Shown here piece after piece: positions 19,089-29,115 of a DNA stretch of 58,446 bases. The notes under the pieces were generated by a model. It ran no database searches. It was given only the letters and a program-made list of their open reading frames with translations, and was not told where the DNA came from. Source of the DNA: a virus (taxonomy: Duplodnaviria > Caudoviricetes); the IMG/VR virus record IMGVR_UViG_3300020711_000011, positions 1-58,446 of that record; one strand, written 5' to 3'. Both the position numbers and the translations under genes were made by a program. Positions within the stretch are counted from its first letter, which is position 1. Every line of letters begins with the position of its first letter.

Positions 19089-21053
19089 TTATCTTAAAAT
19101 GTCAAGTTCAAATATTTTATTCACTGGATCAACACATACTAATTCAACATAAGGTTTTGCAGTGATCATTGAAGAGGAATTAAAGTTTCCAACCAATGCC
19201 CAACCTGTTGAGGTTTTGTTGCTGTAGATATTTAAACTGAATGTACCCAAATTCAATATTGAATTGAATGCAATTTTAACAGCTTGACCTAATTTCCAGC
19301 CAGACGAGGTATCGTCTAAGTATATATTGATGTTATTTAAAGTCGTATTTGCCGAATTTAAATTCAATGAAATTCTATTTGTATATGGTTTTAACCTAGC
19401 ATAGATGCCAGTGTTTGCAGCCGCACTTGGATTGTATAAATTACTTGAAGTAATTTGATCTGCTACCGTCCAATTTAAAAATGATGTACTAGCAGTATTA
19501 TAATTATAAATAGGTGCTAATGAATATCCATAAACTGAATTGCTGATCTTAATTTTACCAGGTACGCTTTTATCATATAAGATACCATCTCCTTGTGTTA
19601 ATACATCGATATTGTATTGTACACTTGTAGGAACAGTACCATTTAACATTTGATTGATTCTGTCATTAGTTGACTGGATCAAAGATAATAGGGATGATGA
19701 AGTTGCATAGTTTAGTTTTGCATTTTCTACATCGGTTTGTAAGGTAGATAATTTATTTTGAATATCTGACAACTGACTTGTTGTTAAGAATAAACTTTGT
19801 AGATCTTGAACCTGTTGTGAAAGTGCAGTATAATTGTCATTTGCACTCAATAATAGTTTAGTTGCATTATCTAATGCTGATACGGTATCTAAGAAAATAT
19901 CCATACCGAATGTAGAGAAATCGTTAATATTATTTTCAACACCAACATTCTCTAAAGAAGTATTAAATTTAACATTCAACTTTAGGGCAAATGCATTACC
20001 ATTCAATGAAGTTATATCATTTGGTTTGTATTTGGTTTGAGTTGGAATGTACCATCCATTAACGTTAGGATCTTGTTTGAAATTATCAAGGATCAAGATA
20101 CCATATAAATTTGTTGATCTATTCGCTGGAACAGACTTAGAATATAAATCATAGTAAACTAAGATTGCATTGAAACTAAAGTCTCCACCATTAAGTGAAT
20201 AATCATATAAAGTATTTAACTTTGTTGAATTTACGATTTGAGCATAAGACGTAGGATCCCAATCGATTCCAACCGCATTTTCAACAAATCCATTTTCATG
20301 TGGATCAATTACCATTTCTCCATCTGCCTGATCTACAACTGAACGTAGATTTAAATTTGCATCTGGATGGGTTTGTCCTGCTCTTCCATCGATATAAGTT
20401 GATGGAGTATAAGATAAGGTTGAAGTGTTATAGGTTCCTTGCTTTAATAAAACCGTTGGAGTGTAACCAACCGAAGAAGGTACATTAATAAATACCTCAT
20501 TGTAAACATCTCCCAAATAATTTTTGTCATTCGATACATCGATATTACCGACGTATTTAACAACTCTTTCATATTCAGAACCTGTTTGTAAAGAAGTATC
20601 ATCTTCAACAACTCTGCTAACTGAAGAAACTGACTCCTGTTGAGTTGCAGTTCTTACTCTAAAACCTCCAATTCTATTTAGATATTTAAAGAAAATCTTT
20701 TCTGCGTCAGAACTTAATAGAGTAGAATCAAAATTGCCATCATTGATAATCAACTGTTCAAGATTCAATGCATAGTTTTCGAAAGTTTGTGCAAAGTGTA
20801 CGTTTGCATCATCTATTGTAGCATCATCGTATGGAGATCCACCAATATCATATAAGTCTTTGAACTGCAGATAGTTATTAGTAGAACCTGCACTAGGAGT
20901 TGTCACCACTGGAATATTCAGTAGCGCAAACTTTGAAAATTCAAAGTTTAGATCTGGATTGTAATAAGATCTTGTCAAATCTCTAGAAGCTCCTGCAAAT
21001 GCATAAAGCGTTCCTCCCTGTTCTTGTGGTATTCTAACTAATGGTGTTGCCAT
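19089..21053 (-). CDS. Virion structural protein with central coiled coil
   Basis: 654-aa ORF; NLYGILILDN motif; structural operon. Confidence 0.55.
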   Translation of the reverse strand: MATPLVRIPQEQGGTLYAFAGASRDLTRSYYNPDLNFEFSKFALLNIPVVTTPSAGSTNNYLQFKDLYDIGGSPYDDATIDDANVHFAQTFENYALNLEQLIINDGNFDSTLLSSDAEKIFFKYLNRIGGFRVRTATQQESVSSVSRVVEDDTSLQTGSEYERVVKYVGNIDVSNDKNYLGDVYNEVFINVPSSVGYTPTVLLKQGTYNTSTLSYTPSTYIDGRAGQTHPDANLNLRSVVDQADGEMVIDPHENGFVENAVGIDWDPTSYAQIVNSTKLNTLYDYSLNGGDFSFNAILVYYDLYSKSVPANRSTNLYGILILDNFKQDPNVNGWYIPTQTKYKPNDITSLNGNAFALKLNVKFNTSLENVGVENNINDFSTFGMDIFLDTVSALDNATKLLLSANDNYTALSQQVQDLQSLFLTTSQLSDIQNKLSTLQTDVENAKLNYATSSSLLSLIQSTNDRINQMLNGTVPTSVQYNIDVLTQGDGILYDKSVPGKIKISNSVYGYSLAPIYNYNTASTSFLNWTVADQITSSNLYNPSAAANTGIYARLKPYTNRISLNLNSANTTLNNINIYLDDTSSGWKLGQAVKIAFNSILNLGTFSLNIYSNKTSTGWALVGNFNSSSMITAKPYVELVCVDPVNKIFELDILR

Positions 21054-21083
21054 TTAAAATTAAAGATTAATATTATTTAAAAA

Positions 21084-21632
21084 TTAGGCAATAGTACATC
21101 CATGTTGACCAACGATATACCATTTTGTTCCGATAAACTTAAGATCAATTGCACCATATTGCGCAATAGTTAAGCTTGAAATACCAGCAATTTGTGTAGT
21201 ACTTACTGCTACTGATCCAGCTTCAGAAATAATTGTGATTGCTTGACCAGGGTTACCAACATTAAGATTTACTGAAGTAATTCCAGAACCTGTAATATTA
21301 TAAACGTTACTTGTAAATTGATTTGCTGCTGGTAAATCGCCAGAAGCAACATTAGTTACTGATTTAACTTCATCAGCTCCAAGAGTAAAGGTTGCATTTA
21401 CCGTGGTCGGTACTGCTGAAACCATTGCAGTTGAATTGATGGTTACTTTGTTTGTTGCAATTGCTAATGAACCAAAAGAACCAGCACCTGTTAAAGTGAT
21501 AGTTTCATTGTTTGTGTCCAATAACGCTTCAATATTTGCAAGATCTGAATTGATCGATGCAAAGTTATCGTTTATTGTAACTCTAGATGAAGATACGCTG
21601 TCGGTACCTAAAATTGTTGTAATTGTTGCCAT
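21084..21632 (-). CDS. Small fibre-like structural protein
   Basis: SRVTINDNF N-terminal trimer-like motif, beta-rich, ends KWYIVG. Confidence 0.5.
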   Translation of the reverse strand: MATITTILGTDSVSSSRVTINDNFASINSDLANIEALLDTNNETITLTGAGSFGSLAIATNKVTINSTAMVSAVPTTVNATFTLGADEVKSVTNVASGDLPAANQFTSNVYNITGSGITSVNLNVGNPGQAITIISEAGSVAVSTTQIAGISSLTIAQYGAIDLKFIGTKWYIVGQHGCTIA

Positions 21633-21641
21633 TTTGAACAG

Positions 21642-24416
21642 TTATGTTATTGTTAATAAATTCTTTGTTGTCGAATTTGTATTTCCATTGCAGTCAACCA
21701 ATTCTAATCCTATGGTGTAATCACCTTTATGCGGAAAGAGATATGTTAACCACTGATTATTGTAATATATATCACTATCATTTCGACTATTGTTTTTGAT
21801 TGTCCATCGTTGGCCTACAATTCCCGGCATTTTCGTATGATCCCATGAGAATGTAACATGTGTTAATAGACCTAAGTTTTGGTGACTAGTTAAGATATTA
21901 ATATCATTATAAGTAGGATTGTAACCAGTATAATTTACCTTTCCAGTTATTGAACCACCCGATACTGCGCTGAAAGATATGCTTGTAAAATCATACGTTG
22001 AAGAATAGTTTCTTCCTACTCCCACGATAAATTTACATTCATCTTCAGTTCCAGAACCAGTAGAATCATAATATGCTGGATTGAATTCAAACTTACTTAA
22101 AATTGGATTTGTAATTGGACTTAAAGCATTTAATTCATCAGTAACATTTTGCCATGCAGTTAAATCTGCATAATTTAATGGATAGGTCGAAGTTATGGTA
22201 TAGTTTTCAGTAATTGTTTTTCCAGTAGCTTGATTGTACCATGAAATTACGATAGTTCCACCACTTGTATATCCTTGATCCTGTCTAACATCGATCACAA
22301 ACGATGCTGCAAGATCTCCACCAACTCTCATCATATCCCAGCTTAAAGATCCATCGTTCCATGTGTGTTCCTTTAGATAATTCCAAACATAAGGACCTGG
22401 TGTCTCAGAGAAACCAGTCGATGATGTGTGGTCTAAATATCTTAAAACTGTAGAGAATTGTGTACCATTTGAATTGTCATGCACGTAATTTGCACGGTCT
22501 AAACTTTCATACCAAGTTGCCAATGAATCATCCATTGTTGTTGGACTCTCTTGCGCTAGATCGAATGTTCCTCCTGCTTTATTATATTGAGTTGTATAGT
22601 AATCCCATGTAATTAATGGTTGTTTTGATTCAAAGATGCCATAGATTTCGATGGATTTGGACTGAACTGTTACCGCCGATTTGATATTAGTATAAGATCT
22701 GGCATTATATAAATCATATAGATTCAACATGATGTCATAAGATCCAGCATATGGTAATATTATCGCAGATTCAAGCATGTTATCGATTCTATCTCTTTTA
22801 GAAAATTGATACCCTGCAGGACCACTAATAATCCATTCAGCTTCGTATACACTTTTATGCCACCAATTATTCCATGTCATAAAACTATTTGTATTGCTAT
22901 TATAGCCATTGCTAGAGAATCCAGCGTCATCCCATGTAAATTCGCATGAATCCCAATCAGTTGGAAGCGATGTATTTTTCAAAATAATCGGACATCCAAT
23001 TGGTGTTGCGCTTAACGTTGGAAAGCTATTTAAATCATGACTATAATAATCTGCATAAAATGTGTTTATCGCATCAATTGCTACATTTTGATTTGCTGCA
23101 ACCCATGCTTCATCGCAATTAGGATTAATGTATCTTAAATCTTCAATAAATACCGATCTTTGCGGTACCACTTCAAAGGAAACCTCAACTCCTGAACTTT
23201 GTACTTGTATCGAGTGTTGATTGTTCCATACGCTTTGCTTAAATTGAGAGAAGTAGTCGCCTTCACCAGTAATATCTACAATTCTAGATTGATGGGGCAA
23301 ATAAGATTTTTGTAACTTATTCTTAAGACCATATAATTTAACCAAAATTTCTTGAGGTGTAAATACTGTGGTCTCAACAGTAGTTGGAATGTCCCATTCA
23401 TCTACATTTCCTGTGGGTTCATTGAGTCTATAAACTAATGAAAATCTATTTGTTTTCTTTTGATTTGAGTTTGGTAACTGAAACCTATTCGATTTCTCGA
23501 TTAGAAATCCTTCTTGAGTTTGATTTGGTACTGCAACCGCCATTAACTTTCCAAAGTATGGAGATTGCTCATTTATATTTAACCAATATTCTTTTAGGGT
23601 TATATCATTATAGCCATAAAATTTGATTGCATTTAAAATTGCTTTATAGGTACCGATATATGGTTGAATGTTTGCATTTTCCAGCAACAATTCTTTTTTC
23701 TTATTGTTAATGATTTGCCAGTCAACGCCTAATTCATTCACATCAGTATCATTAAAGATCATCATATCTTCTTCTGGAATTGAAAGGCCCATATTACCTA
23801 ATAGAACGGTCAATCTCTCGTCATCTGCGACAGTTTCACCGTAAAATCTAATTGCTGCAACTGGCGCAGTTTGAACTCCATTTTGAACTTCATAGATATT
23901 TAATACTCTAACATGAATATCTTCACTGATTGAATTGATTGCAATATTACAGTGAATTGCATTTTTATCATAGATTCCAGAAACGGTTTTGTAATCAATA
24001 TTTTTTGTTACACTACCATCCGAAGAATTTGATTCAGTATATGTTGTAATTCCATTGCTTTCAGTGCTTGACTGCATTTGATCATCAACATAACTTGGTA
24101 TCGATATCTCATAGTTTCCTTGAGCATCTTTAACCATGTCATACACAAAGATTGCATCGCTTGAAGTTTCATCATCAATAAATTCAAATCTTAATGTTGT
24201 TGTCGCTGCATTTTCTGAAATTGGTCTAATATAATCTATGTGACCTGTTGAGGTTATAACCTCTTCAAAGATGTATAAGTTACAAGTTTCATAAAGACCA
24301 GACGCTACCCTTGGCAAATAGATATTACCTGACCAATATTGATTGGTCTCATCATAGTAAAAATCTAATTCTCCTGATTCTCCATTAAAAAATCTCAGGT
24401 TTTGGTATTTCAACAT
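21642..24416 (-). CDS. Baseplate wedge protein (gp7-like) with PKD-like domains
   Basis: GTYKAILNAIKFYGY wedge motif; PKD-like YAGSYDIMLNLYD and KGDYTIGLELVD; follows the gp6-like gene. Confidence 0.6.
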   Translation of the reverse strand: MLKYQNLRFFNGESGELDFYYDETNQYWSGNIYLPRVASGLYETCNLYIFEEVITSTGHIDYIRPISENAATTTLRFEFIDDETSSDAIFVYDMVKDAQGNYEISIPSYVDDQMQSSTESNGITTYTESNSSDGSVTKNIDYKTVSGIYDKNAIHCNIAINSISEDIHVRVLNIYEVQNGVQTAPVAAIRFYGETVADDERLTVLLGNMGLSIPEEDMMIFNDTDVNELGVDWQIINNKKKELLLENANIQPYIGTYKAILNAIKFYGYNDITLKEYWLNINEQSPYFGKLMAVAVPNQTQEGFLIEKSNRFQLPNSNQKKTNRFSLVYRLNEPTGNVDEWDIPTTVETTVFTPQEILVKLYGLKNKLQKSYLPHQSRIVDITGEGDYFSQFKQSVWNNQHSIQVQSSGVEVSFEVVPQRSVFIEDLRYINPNCDEAWVAANQNVAIDAINTFYADYYSHDLNSFPTLSATPIGCPIILKNTSLPTDWDSCEFTWDDAGFSSNGYNSNTNSFMTWNNWWHKSVYEAEWIISGPAGYQFSKRDRIDNMLESAIILPYAGSYDIMLNLYDLYNARSYTNIKSAVTVQSKSIEIYGIFESKQPLITWDYYTTQYNKAGGTFDLAQESPTTMDDSLATWYESLDRANYVHDNSNGTQFSTVLRYLDHTSSTGFSETPGPYVWNYLKEHTWNDGSLSWDMMRVGGDLAASFVIDVRQDQGYTSGGTIVISWYNQATGKTITENYTITSTYPLNYADLTAWQNVTDELNALSPITNPILSKFEFNPAYYDSTGSGTEDECKFIVGVGRNYSSTYDFTSISFSAVSGGSITGKVNYTGYNPTYNDINILTSHQNLGLLTHVTFSWDHTKMPGIVGQRWTIKNNSRNDSDIYYNNQWLTYLFPHKGDYTIGLELVDCNGNTNSTTKNLLTIT

Positions 24417-24418
24417 CC

Positions 24419-24700
24419 TTATTTAACTTTTTTGTAGTTTTTATCAACCGTATAGTTCTTAAAGATCTTTAAGTACGATACGCCGTTTATATATTTAACC
24501 AAAATATTTTGAAGCAACACGATGAAATCGCTAACAAATGTGTTCTTATAGATTGATGGTGAAATGCTATTAAAAAGCAAATCCTTGGAGAAATTTCTTC
24601 CAAGGTTTAATCTATTATCTTTAATTTCAGTCTGTATGTCATAGATACTTTTTCGATCTGACTTGAATAGACCGTGATATAAGTTTTGCTTTGTTGCCAT
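24419..24700 (-). CDS. Small baseplate-associated protein
   Basis: ORF translationally coupled to the gp6-like gene. Confidence 0.5.
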   Translation of the reverse strand: MATKQNLYHGLFKSDRKSIYDIQTEIKDNRLNLGRNFSKDLLFNSISPSIYKNTFVSDFIVLLQNILVKYINGVSYLKIFKNYTVDKNYKKVK

Positions 24701-26535
24701 TATAGAGCTTTTCTATTTTGAGTCTGCAATGCAGAGAATATAGTGCTAGGGATCGGTGGATTATCAAAATAAACAGTCATTGCCGCCATTTCTCCAGTTC
24801 TTGCATCATCTATTACTGCAGCACCATTTCTATCCAACCAACCTCCTCTGAATAAAGCAACCTCTTCCGGTTGTAAGATAATATCTCCAAAGCTATCCAT
24901 TCCGATTATTGATTCTGGTAATGGATCGTTTTCTGCAATATTTACCGTAGTTGTCTGTGTTGTTTTCTTAAAGAAAACATATGATTGTTGTCCACTTCCG
25001 TCCGTTGTAAGGATTGGAGTAGATGGTGTTGTAATTGTTGTTGTTACGGTGTAGTAGCCATTTCTTCTAGCATCTTCTTCATCTTGAGATATAAATCTAA
25101 TATTTACCGAATCAATACCTTCAATTGCTTCAATTATTGCAATCAAATCTGATTTTGGTAAAGAGTCTCTTCTTGTAATAGTTAATAGATACTGAGATAC
25201 TGCACCTCTAATCACATTAAATAATTGTGATGTTGAATATCCTTCAAAGTATTTAACTTTGATGTCCATTCTATAATATTTAACGATTGGATCTACGATC
25301 TTGATTTCAGAATTAATCATCTGTTGACCTGAGTTTTCAATAACTCCTAAGATCGCATTGTTCATATCTTGAGAAAAGAAAAATTCGTTTTGATCAATAC
25401 TAAAATAATCTTGATTGCTTGTAAGTCTCTTATTCACGTCTGGCAACATAAATAAATAAATTATATTATCATCATCGATCGAACCGTCTGCTGTTGTAGT
25501 ATATGCATCTATATAAGAGAACATGCCATATTTGGCTAAGAAATATTCAAAATTATCTGGTGTTGCTAACACAAATGACTTAGAAGCCAAAGGAGCAATC
25601 AACTTAGTTAGGTTAATGTCTTCTGGATCGGCTCCCATTCTTGGAGCAACTGTACATGTTGAATCTAATAATAAATTAAGATCATAACTTGTTCCTGTTG
25701 AATCAAATCCCTGATCGATAAATTTAAAAGTTAAATCTTTAGAATCAACCAAGTTACCGATTGATCCTGCTGTAATAACGTATTCTATTATTATAGTAGT
25801 ACCAAGGTCTGGAATCATTCCAAAAGATCCATTACCAAAATAAATATCAATACCACCTGAGATTCCAGTCTTTGCTAAGAAACCAGTATCGGTTGGAAGC
25901 ATGTCATACAATGAATCAAATTTGGTCCATTTCTGTCCATTTACTGAAACTGTAATATTGTCATGATCCGCATTTCCATTGATCAAAATATTAAATGATT
26001 GCAATGCTAATCCAGTACCAGTTACGGTTTGACTTTCCAATGTACCTTGAATTATTGGAATATAAACATAATTTGCATTTGTTTTATCGATTCTAAACTG
26101 ATCTGCGCTGGTTTTTAATAAGTAATATAGACCATTTGAATTTGATTGTATCTTTGAATTTGCTGGAATATTAAGAGCATCACCTGCGATATCATTAATA
26201 GATCCTGCATTTAATCTAACTGCAATCTCTCCCACTGAACTTGCTCCTCTATATGGATCATGACCTGCTAATCTAGCAAGACCATAAATAGATTCTGGTT
26301 GCTGCGCAGTATAAATATTCTGCTCAACCGTAGAATTTTCAATATAATAAAATATCAATTCTCCGATCTCATTGATAACATCTATGATTTGAGAATAAGG
26401 AGACGCCGCAGTAAACATTTCACCCAAACGTCCATATAATCTGGCGATGTAGGTCTTTGTGTCAGCGACCATCTGTCCTGCCAAAATCCTAGAGGTTTGC
26501 AAAAAGCTTAAATTTGGTGGGTTTGGGTTTGCCAT
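24700..26535 (-). CDS. Baseplate wedge subunit gp6-like (baseplate J family)
   Basis: SIYGLARLAGH, IYFGNGSFGMIP, MGADPED and LATPDNFE motifs. Confidence 0.85.
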   Translation of the reverse strand: MANPNPPNLSFLQTSRILAGQMVADTKTYIARLYGRLGEMFTAASPYSQIIDVINEIGELIFYYIENSTVEQNIYTAQQPESIYGLARLAGHDPYRGASSVGEIAVRLNAGSINDIAGDALNIPANSKIQSNSNGLYYLLKTSADQFRIDKTNANYVYIPIIQGTLESQTVTGTGLALQSFNILINGNADHDNITVSVNGQKWTKFDSLYDMLPTDTGFLAKTGISGGIDIYFGNGSFGMIPDLGTTIIIEYVITAGSIGNLVDSKDLTFKFIDQGFDSTGTSYDLNLLLDSTCTVAPRMGADPEDINLTKLIAPLASKSFVLATPDNFEYFLAKYGMFSYIDAYTTTADGSIDDDNIIYLFMLPDVNKRLTSNQDYFSIDQNEFFFSQDMNNAILGVIENSGQQMINSEIKIVDPIVKYYRMDIKVKYFEGYSTSQLFNVIRGAVSQYLLTITRRDSLPKSDLIAIIEAIEGIDSVNIRFISQDEEDARRNGYYTVTTTITTPSTPILTTDGSGQQSYVFFKKTTQTTTVNIAENDPLPESIIGMDSFGDIILQPEEVALFRGGWLDRNGAAVIDDARTGEMAAMTVYFDNPPIPSTIFSALQTQNRKAL

Positions 26536-26548
26536 TTCTTTCTTTATT

Positions 26549-26902
26549 TTATATCACTACTTGCATTTGATATTGATTGTCTATCACTATATCGATAAAG
26601 ATTGCATCTCTATCAGGACCACTTAAAAAATCTACAGATGTTGTAACTGCGTATTTTTGTGCCAATGGAACAAATTGTAGTAGCTGAGTATTTATCTCAT
26701 TTTGTAGCTGACTAGAATTATAGTTAAGTTCAAATATCAAATCTTCTAAATTACATCCAATTTCTGGTGTTCCCATAACTTCGCCCTTTCTAGTGAAAAG
26801 AACGACTTCGATCTGCGCCATTAATTGAGCAACCTCACTTACTGATTGTAATTTGGTTGGATCAAAATTTGGATCAGTGATTGATGTAATATAGAATTCC
26901 AT
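26549..26902 (-). CDS. Baseplate gp25-like (GPW/gp25) protein
   Basis: LFTRKGEVMGTPEIGCNLEDLIFE signature. Confidence 0.85.
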   Translation of the reverse strand: MEFYITSITDPNFDPTKLQSVSEVAQLMAQIEVVLFTRKGEVMGTPEIGCNLEDLIFELNYNSSQLQNEINTQLLQFVPLAQKYAVTTSVDFLSGPDRDAIFIDIVIDNQYQMQVVI

Positions 26903-26917
26903 GTTTTATATATTTTC

Positions 26918-27757
26918 TTAAGAATGCATCATCCAGTCGGTGCCTTCTTCTTTTATAATTTCTTCGATAACTGCATCTAATTCTTCTTTACCTAGATCTT
27001 GAATTACGCTTGCATTTACTTTTACATTTCCTGGTAATGTGTAATCAAAGATCTGCATTTTGTTACCTAATGAAATTTTGATTTTAGCTGCGCAATATCT
27101 AAAGAAAGCTTCATCATCAAATAGGGCACATTCAGGAATAGTTTCATAAACATCAAGCATTATGTCCTTCATAGGATCTAATCCAGTAAATCTGATCTCG
27201 TGTGTTAATTGGTTATAATTAAATGATACAGCGTTTTCAATAATCTGTCTTGTCATATCAAAGAAGCTCTCATTGATAACGTAATATTGCAAGTTTTCAG
27301 CTCCTGCAACGGTACCGGTACCGCCATAAAGACCTCCATATAACATTCTTTCTAATGCAAAGTCACCTGTTGTAAACATCAATGAAGTTCCAGCTCCATA
27401 GATCGAACCTGTTTCAAAGCATCCAAATACTGAGAAAACCTCTCCACCGCCTGTAACTGGATCCATTGCATTAAGAGTAAGACTTTTAGTTCTTAAATAA
27501 TGTTCAGATTGAAAAACCGCCAAAGGCAAATAATAAACATTCTCTCTAACACTATATTCATAATGTTTATAGAACCATTTCTTTGCTCTCTGTACGATAT
27601 TATAAACCTCTTTTTTAGGTAGGTTCATTGGAATCATACAAGATCCTGTGATGTCATCTGCCAATCTTTGTAAAAAGTTATCAAGGCACATCGAGTCCCA
27701 ACTAGGTGGGGTAGTTTCATTGGTGGTTCCACCATCAATATTAAAAATATCGCTCAT
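26918..27757 (-). CDS. Neck protein gp13-like
   Basis: C-terminal RYCAAKIKISLG...TLPGNVKVN...GKEEL typical of the T4 gp13 family. Confidence 0.7.
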   Translation of the reverse strand: MSDIFNIDGGTTNETTPPSWDSMCLDNFLQRLADDITGSCMIPMNLPKKEVYNIVQRAKKWFYKHYEYSVRENVYYLPLAVFQSEHYLRTKSLTLNAMDPVTGGGEVFSVFGCFETGSIYGAGTSLMFTTGDFALERMLYGGLYGGTGTVAGAENLQYYVINESFFDMTRQIIENAVSFNYNQLTHEIRFTGLDPMKDIMLDVYETIPECALFDDEAFFRYCAAKIKISLGNKMQIFDYTLPGNVKVNASVIQDLGKEELDAVIEEIIKEEGTDWMMHS

Positions 27758-27758
27758 A

Positions 27759-29069
27759 TTATTCTATTATGTTTACAATTTTTTGTGAAGTTACTATTTC
27801 TACATCATCGAACTTAGCGCTCTTTGGTTCATATTTACCTTCTCTAAAGATTCCACCTTGCATTGTTCCTGCAAATACTCCATCAATACCATATACATAA
27901 CAGTTTTTTAATATTACTGTTTTTGCAACGTATGATGAACCGACCTTTGAATCATTTACTTGGGTATTTTGATAGAAATTACAGTTTCTAATATCTGAAG
28001 ATTTTACATCGCACTTAAAGAAGTCGCATCTTGTAACTTCTCCCTGTACCGTGCATCCAACAAATTCATATCCATTGATTTCAAAACAATAAGGTAATGA
28101 ACCATCTTTAACTTGAATATTTCCATTGTCAGAATCATAATTAATATGACCGCTTTCAAGTTGACCGTACGTAAATAGATTTGAAACTCTTTCTTTAATT
28201 TGAGGCCAGTACAAATCTATAGTATGCGGATTATCATTTAAATCAACCGTAAATTTACATTTAGGAAAGTTCTTAGCGATATTCTTCCAATCAACTCTGA
28301 TTTCAATTATCTTTTTATTGTCAGACAATATTTTCTTAAGTTCCAATTTATTTAATTGACTAAAAGAATTATCAGTCGCAGTTTTCCATAATTGAAGTAG
28401 AAAAACATCCAATAGATTTAAAATCTTTGCAGACTTTTTGTTCCAATCTTTGCCTCCTAAATATCTAAATTCCAAATAGTTCTTTTGTAACTTATCAAAG
28501 TTTACTCCATAGTATTTTGTCTTTGGAAAGATAAAATTGTTTTGGCTAATTTGTTCTCCATTATAATTATAAGTTTCTAATCTTGGAATTACAAATTTGA
28601 TAGATTTTGCGTAGGTTGAATTCTTTCTGTTTGGAAATTCTTTCCAAACCAAATCTTCATTAAAATCTAGAATGAATTTTAGTGGACTCATCTTTGAGAT
28701 AAGATTCTTATTGCCACTTAGCTTTGGATCAAAGCTTAAATTTAGGTGAATTGAAGATCTATCGGTAGTGTAACCATTTTCAGTAATCCAGTTGCACATT
28801 TTGATAATCATCAATCTTGCTGCCGAGTAAGGCATTGCACCCGTTACCAGTTCGATAAGTCCTGCCCCGCCGCTCATATCTGGTTCCATTTTGAATTCGT
28901 CTGCCGTAGGAGCAAATTCGCTATGGGCCTTCTTTTCGATACGGATCTTTTTCTGTAGGAGTTTTCCTATGCTTTTTGCCGTATCATCGATACTAAGGTT
29001 GGAGTAAAGTTCGAACTCTACTCCAACCAAAGCTTTCGATAATATATCTGAATCCTTAAGGTTGATCAT
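27759..29069 (-). CDS. Putative amidoligase (COOH-NH2 ligase) with C-terminal beta-helix-like repeats
   Basis: GVEFE, IELVTG, SIHLNLS, KYYGVN and LEFRYLGG motifs. Confidence 0.8.
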   Translation of the reverse strand: MINLKDSDILSKALVGVEFELYSNLSIDDTAKSIGKLLQKKIRIEKKAHSEFAPTADEFKMEPDMSGGAGLIELVTGAMPYSAARLMIIKMCNWITENGYTTDRSSIHLNLSFDPKLSGNKNLISKMSPLKFILDFNEDLVWKEFPNRKNSTYAKSIKFVIPRLETYNYNGEQISQNNFIFPKTKYYGVNFDKLQKNYLEFRYLGGKDWNKKSAKILNLLDVFLLQLWKTATDNSFSQLNKLELKKILSDNKKIIEIRVDWKNIAKNFPKCKFTVDLNDNPHTIDLYWPQIKERVSNLFTYGQLESGHINYDSDNGNIQVKDGSLPYCFEINGYEFVGCTVQGEVTRCDFFKCDVKSSDIRNCNFYQNTQVNDSKVGSSYVAKTVILKNCYVYGIDGVFAGTMQGGIFREGKYEPKSAKFDDVEIVTSQKIVNIIE

Positions 29070-29115
29070 ATTAGTGATTGTATTATTCCGTCACTATATA
29101 TATCACCTACAATTA

